From Macrostomum lignano (lineage: Eukaryota), in contig NIVC01000194.1 of NCBI GenBank assembly GCA_002269645.1, positions 1 to 64,000 of the forward strand: a DNA stretch of 64,000 nt, read 5' to 3'. The translations under genes and the position numbers were made by a program. The notes under the pieces are model-generated. The model made no database searches. It was given only the letters and a program-made list of their open reading frames with translations, and was not told the origin of the DNA. Of this stretch, positions 12,062 through 21,938 are shown one piece after another (position 1 is the first letter of the stretch; the number at the start of each line of letters is the position of its first letter).

Positions 12062-12792
12062 AATGTGCGGCTGATTCTCAATGTGCGGCTGAGTCTCAAT
12101 GTGCGGCTCAGTCTCAATGTGCGGCTGAGTCTCAATGTGCGGCTCAGTCTCAATGTGCGGCTCAGTCTCAATGTGCGACTCAGTCTCAATGTGCGGCTGA
12201 GTCTCAATGTGCGGCTCAGTCTCAATGTGCGGCTGAGTCTCAATGTGCGGCTCAGTCTCAATGTGCGGCTCAGTCTCAATGTGCGACTCAGTCTCAATGT
12301 GCGGCTGAGTCTCAATGTGCGGCTCAGTCTCAATGTGCGGCTGAGTCTCAATGTGCGGCTCAGTCTCAATGTGCGACTCAGTCTCAATGTGCGGCTGAGT
12401 CTCAATGTGCGGCTCAGTCTCAATGTGCGGCTGAGTCTCAATGTGCGGCTCAGTCTCAATGTGCGGCTCAGTCTCAATGTGCAGCTGAGTCTCAATGTGC
12501 GGCTGTATGAGTCACAATGTGCGGCTGAGTCTCAATGTGCGGCTGATTCTCAATGTGCGGCTGAGTCTCAATGTGCGACCCCAGTCCAAGGACCCCAGTC
12601 CAAGGACCCCAGTCCAAGGACCCCAGTCCAAGGACCCCAGTCCAAGGACCCCAGTCCAAGGACCCCAGTCCAAGGACCCCAGTCCAAGGACCCCAGTCCA
12701 AGGACCCCAGTCCAAGGACCCCAGTCCAAGGACCCCAGTCCAAGGACCCCAGTCCAAGGACCCCAGTCCAAGGACCCCAGTCCAAGGACCCC
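12062..12792. repeat. Abutting 18-bp (ctcaatgtgcggctgagt) and 14-bp (ccccagtccaagga) arrays; junction ~12577
   Basis: Direct inspection. Confidence 0.95.
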
Positions 12793-12806
12793 TGGTCGCA
12801 GCTCAC

Positions 12807-12910
12807 CCCGACGGCCCCGCTGGCCGGCGCGCAGCAACGGTGGAACAGTCCGACTTGGAGATGCGCAACAGGTGTCGCCGCTTGCGCCACTCATCGTTCG
12901 GCGTTTCCAT
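12807..12910 (-). CDS. PDE4: PDE4 alternative first exon (METPNDEWRKRRHLLRISKSD...)
   Basis: ATG to GG|gtgagc = 104 nt (34 codons + 2), phase 2, no stop. Confidence 0.55.
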
Positions 12911-12916
12911 GGCAAC
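12903..12916. promoter_or_regulatory. RFX X-box GTTTCCATGGCAAC
   Basis: Matches the 14-bp X-box consensus; at a PDE4 alternative first exon. Confidence 0.5.
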
Positions 12917-13399
12917 GGGGTGAGCCGCAGAGTTAAAAGAAATTCCTCTTGGATGATTATTTCTCTCTTAGCTGATGGCAGCAAGTCCAAGCCGCTGATG
13001 CCGGCAGTCGCTCTTATGGGGATTGCAGCCAGCCAGCCCCGAGTGATTCCCTCCGCGCTCTGAGCTCACATTTCGAGCCAATGACAGCTGAGGAGAGCCT
13101 CGGGATTAGCTTCGGGGGATTAGTTCCAGGAATTAGCAGGGGCAAAGGATTTTCGCGCAGCTTCTGCATGCCAAAAACTTTGAGTTTGGCTTCCCAGCTT
13201 GCATGAACTTTGAGACTCTGCTTTTGCGCACGAAAGCACCTGCTGCATGGCTCTGCTTGCGGAGATGCTGAGCCGAAAGTTCAGCTGGAAAATTGCAGAG
13301 GCAAAATCCAGAGGAAACTGTGTTCGCTGTTGGCCCAGCGATGAACTGCGGTCCCTATGATGTACTGCGGTCCCAATGATGTACTACGGTCCCAATGAT

Positions 13400-13630
13400 G
13401 GTCCCTATGACCAGGACAGCACACAGGAGCCACACCAGGACAGCACACAGGAGCCACACCAGGACAGCACACAGGAGCCACACCAGGACAGCACACAGGA
13501 GCCACACCAGGACAGCACACAGGAGCCACACCAGGACAGCACACAGGAGCCACACCAGGACAGCACACAGGAGCCACACCAGGACAGCACACAGGAGCCA
13601 CACCAGGACAGCACACAGGAGCCACACCAG
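13400..13630. repeat. 24-bp minisatellite (ccaggacagcacacaggagccaca)
   Basis: ~9 copies. Confidence 0.95.
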
Positions 13631-13658
13631 TCGCCAGTCAAGGCCAGAGAATTCTCAC

Positions 13659-13705
13659 CGCACGGACGCCCGGCCCCTCGGCAGGCTGACCGTCAGCGCC
13701 CGCAT
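13659..13705 (-). CDS. PDE4: Candidate PDE4 5' exon (MRALTVSLPRGRASV; frame stays open upstream through QLRRHSDNGG)
   Basis: CG|gtgaga phase-2 donor in a GC-rich island; 5' boundary uncertain. Confidence 0.35.
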
Positions 13706-14394
13706 CGCCGCCAGACCGCCGGTTGCCAGCCGGGAGGAGGCGGCGAGTTTGCAGCCGCCAACGCCAACGCCGCCGCCGCCATTGTCAGAGTGGCGACGCA
13801 GCTGCAGCTGCTGTCCATGGGCAATGCAGAAAAGCTTATTAAGGTTTTGATGATATTCTGTGCTGGCTACTAACGAAAAGTAGTGCAGTTAGCGCGGGGT
13901 TTTTTAAAGCAGTTTTAAATTTAATAGACAGTAAAGTATTATAACAGAATGGTTTACAATCCAGTTTTTACGATTTGAGGGCAATAAAATTCCTTCTCCC
14001 ATAGACGCGCACACCCCTCATTTTTTTGCGCGTGCTCAGTCGGATGCTCCTCCGTCTCTTTCTCTCCTTATCTTCATCAATAGGGAGGCTGGGAGCTCAG
14101 CTGAGTTATTCTTAGCACTCTGCAGTTGGCACAGGAAGGGGCGCTGACGCAGTCTTTTCTTGCTGGCAGCGCTCCGGCTGATCAGGGCCGCTGATCAATG
14201 CCTCTGAGCCGCACAGAGGGACCCTGCAGGCTCACAAGCACACAAGTACATCTGCTGCCAGAGCTGCAGATTCTGCCAAATTGGGGACAGAAAGTAAGTT
14301 AAAGCTCTTGATTGCCCAATCAGCTGCGCAAGTTGAGCTCACAGACTGAGTTGATGGAAGAAATTGGCTGAACCTTCCTGCGATGTTAGCCGTC

Positions 14395-14640
14395 ACTGTC
14401 AGCCGTATCAGGTATCAGTGCCTGACACTATCAGCCGTGTTAGATATCAGTCCCTGACACTATCAGCCATGTCAGGTATCAGTGCATGACACTATCAGCC
14501 ATGTCAGGTATCAGTGCCTGACACTATCAGCCGTGTCAGGTATCAGTGCCTGACTCTATCAGCCGTGTCAGGTATCAGCGCCTGACACTATCAGCCGTGT
14601 CAGGTATCATTGCCTGACACTGTCAGCCGTGTCAAGTATC
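14395..14640. repeat. 32-bp hairpin-containing minisatellite (cctgacactatcagccgtgtcaggtatcagtg)
   Basis: ~7 copies. Confidence 0.9.
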
Positions 14641-14662
14641 GGTGCCAGCTGACACTGCTCAC

Positions 14663-14811
14663 CTGTCGCACACCGGTGCCGGTCCCTCGGTCGCAGACTG
14701 TCTTGAAGGCCACCAGAACCCGCCGGCGCTTAGCCGCCGCCGCCGGCCCCCTGGTGTACAGGCGACCCAGCTTGTCAGGCATGTCGGAGGCTGCAGTCTC
14801 CTGTGCTTCAT
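14663..14811 (-). CDS. PDE4: PDE4 alternative first exon (MKHRRLQ...GGRRRRLSAGGFWWPS...PVCD)
   Basis: ATG to AG|gtgagc = 149 nt (49 codons + 2), phase 2, no stop; RRLS PKA-like site. Confidence 0.55.
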
Positions 14812-15164
14812 CAGCGATTATCGGGTGCTGGCGGGCCGGGCATTCCGGGCCACATCCGGACGGAGGGTCGCCGCGGGATTCAATGAAGCCGGCAGAAATT
14901 CTGAAAGATGCGGGTTGGTTGGGGCCGGAGCACCTGAGACGCAGCCTCGCAGGGCACACGTAGCCTCATCTACAGCGAGGAAAATGTTGGCGGAAATTAA
15001 AAATTCACAACGAGCTGCAAATTGGGATCGAGGGACGAATCGAAGATTAAAAATCAGAGAGGGAAATTGGCATTCAAGGGGTTGCAGCCCGCGATTTCCC
15101 ATTCAATCCTAAAATACTATAATCCAGCTCACGATTTGCTTCCTGCATCAATCAGCGATACCAA

Positions 15165-15809
15165 CAGAACATAGACTAGCAATCCATACTACAGGATAGA
15201 CCAGGGACTACTCAAACACCGGGACGGGAAACTAAAATTTTTTTACGAGGCTGGCTGGCAATTATTTTCATTAGAGAGATGCTGTGTTACTTTGTTGTCT
15301 ATGGTTATTTTCTACTGCTGATGATAGACCAGCCTCGTAAAAAATCCTAGTTTCCCGTCCCGGTGTCCCGGGGAGTAGTCCCTGGGATAGACTAGCAATC
15401 CATACCACAGAATAGACTAGCAATCCATACCGCAGAATAGACTAGCAATCCATACCGCAGAATAGACTAGCAATCCATACCACAGAATAGACTAGCAATC
15501 CATACCGCAGAATAGACTAGCAATCCATACCGCAGAATAGACTAGCAATCCATACTACAGGATAGACTAGCAATCCATACTACAGGATAGACTAGCAATT
15601 CACACTACAGGATAGACTAGCAATCCATACCACACGATAGACTAGCAATCCATACCACACGATAGACTAGCAATCCAAACTACAGGATAGACTAGCAATC
15701 CATACTACAGGATAGACTAGCAATCCATTCATATTACAGGATAGACTAGCAATCCATACCACAGGATAGACTAGCAATCCATACCACAGGATAGACTAGC
15801 AATCCATAC
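15165..15809. repeat. 25-bp minisatellite (tagactagcaatccataccacagaa), interrupted by the hAT MITE
   Basis: Direct inspection. Confidence 0.95.
15202..15384. mobile_element. 183-bp hAT-type MITE
   Basis: Termini CAGGG...CCCTG; ~55-bp imperfect TIRs (gggactact...caccgggacgggaaacta...ttttttacgaggctgg); 8-bp TSD GGATAGAC at 15194-15201 and 15385-15392. Confidence 0.85.
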
Positions 15810-16048
15810 TTGTCATCGGACTGCCGCAGCAGCCGCTCGGAGGTGCAGAGCAGTCTCACTGACGCGGATCTTTCGACATCCTCAACGCAAGCGAGGCCGG
15901 AGCCTCCGCCGCTGTGTTCGTCCCCCTCGCTGCTGCTCCGGCCGCTGTCGGACTCCCCGTCGGCTCCGCAGCAGCAGCATCGCCGGGACAGGCAGCTGCC
16001 GCGGGTTCGGCGGCTTTGGCTGCGGCCGCGGTGCCCTCCCGATGGCAT
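15810..16048 (-). CDS. PDE4: PDE4 5' exon (MPSGGHRGRS...RRCCCCGADGESDSGRSSSE...RQSDD)
   Basis: ATG to AA|gtatgg = 239 nt, phase 2; frame open further upstream to ~16336, so it may instead be an internal exon. Confidence 0.5.
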
Positions 16049-16294
16049 CGAGGTAGAGAAGCCGAAGGAAAACTTTGGAGGCTGGCCAGGCTGCTGAGGC
16101 TGCTCTGGGCTGGCGGCGCTGGCGACCAGCAGGCATTTAACCCGCTTGGAGAGGGCGCCCTGTCTGTTGCCGGGCCAATGGAGGCTGGGAAGCCGGGCAG
16201 GGGGTTGATGGGGCAGAGGAAGGGGGTGAGGCTGCAGCAGAGACAGAGGCAGCCTGAGTGGCCTCTTCCTGTTAGTCGCCACGGAGTCGCTCAC

Positions 16295-16404
16295 ACAAAG
16301 TGCAGCTGCGCCAATTGCGAGCCGTCCTCCCGGCTTTCATTCCGGGCGGCCTCCAGCTTCTGCCCTTCGATCTCGGCAGAAGAAGGAAAGTGTTTTGTTG
16401 CCAT
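16295..16404 (-). CDS. PDE4: Candidate PDE4 first exon (MATKHFPSSAEIEGQKLEAAR...LHF)
   Basis: ATG to GT|gtgagc = 110 nt, phase 2; ATG lies within an X-box. Confidence 0.4.
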
Positions 16405-16410
16405 GGTAAC
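16397..16410. promoter_or_regulatory. RFX X-box GTTGCCATGGTAAC
   Basis: Near-perfect palindromic X-box; at a PDE4 alternative first exon. Confidence 0.55.
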
Positions 16411-16719
16411 CCCAGATTGTGCGAGCAATGAAGCGGCTGAGAGACGGCTGGCTGCAGTTGATTTGCATGCAGAAACTTGAAAGGACACTTGAACCTGCGG
16501 CCTCTCACGTGCCTCCGGCTTTGATTTTTTAGCCAGCTGCGATTTTCCAAACCGGAGCTTGATTAAGTGTGTGTTGATGGTCCAGCTTATTAATTATATA
16601 TTGGATTGCTAGTCTAATAGATTGCAAATCTGGACAATCCTATTGCTTTGTCTTTTATGTACATATTGCATAAATACTTATAGCTAGATGTCCCAATTGT
16701 CTAAAGACATCAGGTAACG

Positions 16720-17360
16720 GTCTATTGATATCAGACAACAGTGTATAGATATCAGGCAATGGTGTATAGATATCAGACAACGGTCTATAGATACACCAGA
16801 CAACAGTATATAGATATCAGACAGCAGTCTATAGATATCAGACAACAGTCCATAGATATCAGAAAACAATCTATAGATATCAGAAAACAATCTATAGATA
16901 CAAGACAACGGTCTATAGATACCAGACAACAATCTATAGATATCAGACAGCAGTCTATAGATATCAGACAACAGCCTATAGATATCAGACAACAGCCTAT
17001 AGATATCAGACAACAGTCCATAGATATCAGAATACAATCTATAGATATCAGAAAACAATCTATAGATACCAGACAACGGTCTATAGATACCAGACAACAA
17101 TCTATAGATATCAGACAGCAGTCTATAGATATCAGACAACAATCTATAGATATCAGAAAACAATCAATAGATATCAGACAACGGTCTATAGATACACCAG
17201 ACAACAGCCTATAGATATCAGACAGCAGTCTATAGATATCAGAAAACAATCTATAGATAGCAGACAACAATCTATAGATATCAGACAACAGTATATAGAT
17301 ATCAGACAACAGTCTACAGATATCAGACAACAGTCTACAGATACCAGACAACAGCCCATA
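16720..17360. repeat. 21-bp minisatellite (tatagatatcagacaacagtc)
   Basis: 7-aa periodicity in the shadow ORFs. Confidence 0.95.
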
Positions 17361-17424
17361 ACGCAAACAGATGACACCTGTTGCGAGTGACTGCCGCAAG
17401 GCGGCCACATCAGACGACACTCAC

Positions 17425-17537
17425 CCGCCGTACGTGACCGAGCGGCAGCTGAACTGGCTGAGCCCCCCAGCAATTAGCGCTGCCGAGGCCTCAACAAAGC
17501 GAAGCTTCTGCGTGCAGGTGCGAGTCGAGAGGCTCAT
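17425..17537 (-). CDS. PDE4: PDE4 most distal candidate first exon (MSLSTRTCTQKLRFVEAS...VTYG)
   Basis: ATG to GG|gtgagt = 113 nt (37 codons + 2), phase 2, no stop. Confidence 0.45.
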
Positions 17538-17844
17538 TAATTAAAGGAAGAACGGATATGGATGCGGAGACTCTGGCCTCTATCGGGATCGATCCCGTGC
17601 CCCAGTTTTGCCTCCCGGAGCCTCTTAAACTGTAAATATGATCTGAGCTAACCAAGCAAAAAGAGCAGCTGAGGCGCCAGTCGCAGAAAGCTGAGCATTT
17701 TAATGAAATGCACTTCGGCTGTCTTCTCTATTTGGTGCGGAAATGCAGGCCAGCCTTAGACTGACGGGATAAAGAAATCAAACTTCGGGCTCTTCTCATC
17801 ATTTCCTATTGAATGCTCAATCCCTTAGTGCTCTGATCCTGTAT

Positions 17845-18692
17845 ACTGAGTGCTTTTCATCCCTTACTGAGTGCTTCCCCACCATTACTGAGTGCTTCCC
17901 CACCATTACTGAGTGCTTCCCCACCCATTACTGAGTGCTTCCCCACCCATTACTGAGTGCTTCCCCATCCCTTACTGAGTGCTTTCCTACCTCTTACTGA
18001 GTGCTTCCCCACCCCTTACTGAGTGCTTCCCCACCCATTACTGAGTGCTTCCCCACCCCTTACTGAGTGCTTCCCCACCCATTACTGAGTGCTTCCCCAC
18101 CATTACTGAGTGCTTCCCCATCCCTTACTGAGTGCTTTCCTACCTCTTACTGAGTGCTTCCCAACCCCTTACTGAGTGCTTCCCCACCCCTTACTGAGTG
18201 CTTCCCCACCCCTTACTGAGTGCTTCCCCACCCATTACTGAGTGCTTCCCCACCCCTTACTGTGTGCTTCCCACCCCTTACTGCTGAGTGCTTCCCCACC
18301 CATTACTGAGTGCTTCCCCACCCCTTACTGAGTGCTTCCCCACCCCCTACTGAGTGCTTCCCCACCCATTACTGAGTGCTTCCCCACCCCTTACTGAGTG
18401 CTTCCCCACCCCTTACTGAGTGCTTCCCACCCCTTACTGCTGAGTGCTTCCCCACTCATTACTGAGTGCTTCCCACCCCTTACTGCTGAGTGCTTCCCCA
18501 CTCATTACTGAGTGCTTCCCCACCCCTTACTGAGTGCTTCCCCACCCCTTACTGAGTGCTTCCCCACCCCTTACTGAGTGCTTCCCCACCCATTACTGAG
18601 TGCTTCCCCACCCATTACTGAGTGCTTCCCCACCCATTACTGAGTGCTTCCCCACCCATTACTGAGTGCTTCCCCACCCATTACTGAGTGCT
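17845..18692. repeat. 22-bp minisatellite (ccccacccattactgagtgctt)
   Basis: Direct inspection. Confidence 0.95.
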
Positions 18693-21600
18693 AAGAAAAT
18701 GACGCAGACTTCAGGAGGTACGAAGTCACAGCAGGGGCGTGTGAAGGCTTTACTATTAAAAATTTATATTTGCATTTCAAAACGAATCAGCTTTATTAAA
18801 GCATTACAATATTAGCTAAAATGGATTCATCGATCACAGTTGACACAAAGCATCTCGGGCCGCGCAGCAGCAGGCAAATCATATTATTGCTAAAGCCAAT
18901 CTTGCGTGTGCGACTGTATAGAATGAATTTTAAATGTACGGCGAACACAAAGGGGATGCAAAAAACACTGAGGGTTGAACAGCAGCTCAGGGGAAGTCAC
19001 GGCTGGATGCGGGCTTTCATTGATTTCAGACTGAGAATTGAGGCGGAGCCTGTGTTGATTTCGAGTCGCCGTTGTACTTTAGTAATGTCGAATGTAATGC
19101 TTATCTGATGCAGCATTGGTCTACAGTTTCACTAGAAGATAGCTCTATCATCAGTCTAAAGTATCTTATTGAAACAACTTGGTCAGACCGGTGATGTCGA
19201 CAGACAGTAAACCCCCAGATTATGTTAGACTTCAGGGAGACGTGTGCACGTGAATTGCGACAGTCAAGTCAGTGCGATTATTCGACCCATGGCGAATGCG
19301 TCTTCCAGCGCATTAATTAACTAATTTTTGACTAAACTAATATAGGCTCGTATTGAATTCACATAAAGATCGTGCAGGCCATCAAGGCCGTTTAAATATT
19401 GCACAGCAGATCATCGCGAAACTCTGGACAACCGTTTTACAAACGCAAGACCGAAACCCCATGAGCAGAAAATTCGTAACGGCAGCAGCCCACTAAATTT
19501 GAATAGGCATGCCTGCTCGCCACACACACCTGCGCATTTAAAATATAGTGACAGCAGCGGGCCATCAGAACTGCGTAACAGTGCAAGGGTGACTAAGCCG
19601 TGTCGAGCTAGAGGCACGTTGGCGGAGTATGTCGTAGGGTAGAGTGAGAACTAACGGCCAACGGAGAGAGCTGAGAACAGACAAAGTATGAGCTACTACA
19701 ACTTGTAATAAAAACGACAAAGGAAAAAACGACAAAAGAGCACACTTAGGCCTTATGTTTTCTCTCTCAGATTGTTTTCACGACGCGATTCCAGAACTAG
19801 AATCATCCGAAAAGCAGTAAACCAACTTCGATATTATATAACTTTATTCATGTTTTAAGTCACTGCATATGTCTCTACACGTATGTGACATGTCGATATT
19901 TCGCTATATCTTCTAGAAAGTTTTAATCAAGGACTATATTCTAGACTATAGACTAGACTATAACGAAGTGCTCAGTAGTCTTTGGTTTCAATTCGTGAAA
20001 TACATGTACCATTTGTACAGATAAGCCTCTAAATTGAGGTTAAATGATTTGGTTAAGGTTAAATGACTTCCCAAAAATGATTTGGCTCTGGAATCAGAAT
20101 CTGGAGTCTGGTATTTCTCTCTGTCAGTTCCATCCAGCCTAAAACAATATAATTTATAGATGTTTTGTTAAAATTTGTTGCGTTGCTTATTCAATGGATC
20201 CGATCTAATTTGAACAGAACGGAGTCCGAATATTGAATTCTCATTATTATATTCTCGAAAAGAGAGTCGGTCTTTAAAATAAATAATGCCTGAATAAATA
20301 TGATTTTTTTTTAAATATTCCATTTAATTTATGTTGCCCTACTTAACAATATTAGACCATTGACATAGTTCCTTAATATTGGAATTTCGTAGTTATAGTA
20401 TTAGTAGTGATAATTATTGGTATCGAAGTCCGGTCCAGATAAGAAAAGCTTTTAGTATAGGTTATTAGGGCTTCTAATATGACTGACTAGTGACTATGTA
20501 TGGCAGCATTTTGTAATTATAATTATGCTAGGTTTTTTATTTTCAATCCTAAACTAATGATATTGTTTTCTTATCAATGACTAGAAACATGTATGCAAGG
20601 TTTGTCCTTGCATACTACTCAGCAAGCTAATTAAAAGCTAGGAATAATCTAAAGTTAAACAACTTCATAGAATAGAAGCATAATTAAAGATGTTTTGGCT
20701 ATCCTGCAGGATTATTCATGAAACTCACTGTATACACATCTTTTAGCTATATTGATATAAAACTTTCCAAAAAATATAAATATATATTTGCTTTGAAATA
20801 AAAACACTAAGCATTAAATTATTTAGTGAAAACTAAAATACACCTAACATAACAAATCCTATTGCAAAAGTGTTTTGTTTCATTTTTTTGAAAATGATCA
20901 AATTGACGAAAGTTGTTTTTAAAAAAGTTAAATAAATTTATTTAGGAATATAAATTAAGCAAAAACCTTTTTTAAAATATTTAAGCCTAGCAAGTACAAA
21001 AAACTAAGTTAAATAAATAATAATAGCTTTTTTATTCTATATACCATTTTATATACCTTTGCCAAGTTTGTGGCTTATATACATTATAAAAAAACTAAAT
21101 ACTTATATTTATCCCCTTAAAAAGTTTTAGTTATATCAAATAGTAGATCTAAGATTTTTGGAAGGAGATAAACAGGTAGACAAAAGGTTATCTTAACCCT
21201 AAAATAAAACCCCAATATATATATATTATCTTTAATACCTTTGTATTAGTATACAAAAATTTTTACATGAAATGGCTAATTGACTTTATACAAATTGTAA
21301 ATTTCTTGTATAGCATAGCAATTAATATATATGCTACCTTAGTATACTTATGTTGTTATGAGTATCTTTGTTTAAGTGTATTTAGATTCAGCTACAATAA
21401 AAATAGCCCTAGGCATAGGCATTTAGCAGTCAGAAAAAATGAGTAAATAGCAGACTAAAAAAAGGTATTTAGCATAGCTTGAGTTTAATTTCAGCTAGGA
21501 AGAAACTATTGTCATTGACTATTGTGAATTGTTAGCATTATTAACAAATAATTTTCAAATAGAATAATCAATGTAATTGCATCAAGTATTATGTTAAGTT

Positions 21601-21938
21601 TATCTCTCATTAATATTGCACAATATTAAGCAGGTCAAAATCTACCTTGAGTTTGTCTATATGAAATACTACCAAACAGCTATTAGTTATAAGTTTAATT
21701 TTTAGTTATTTACAAATCAAGTATATTTTGCTTCTCAAGATCTGCTGACTATCTAGATTCTAGATGGCTCAAAGTTTTTATTGACAATAGTTGTGCACTT
21801 TGTACACGTCTACTTTGCTTTAAATGAAAGCTTTGCCATCGAATTAGGCTCAGATATTTGCAGTATTTTTCCTCATTGCTAATTGGACACCAATGGGTTG
21901 CCCGCAGGCTTGGATCCCTCACTAGTGGCCGCAGACAA

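Noticed and set aside
10023-13063. Repeat-protein ORFs (IANLANMGEGIE, AQSQCA) resembling LRR, collagen or adhesive proteins
   Set aside because: Open in multiple frames and strands, no unique domain or signal peptide; minisatellite shadows.
19100-19175. Hammerhead ribozyme-like CTGATGA...GAAAC on the minus strand
   Set aside because: Stem II closing pair, stem I and the GUH cleavage context could not be formed by hand; an Infernal search would settle it.
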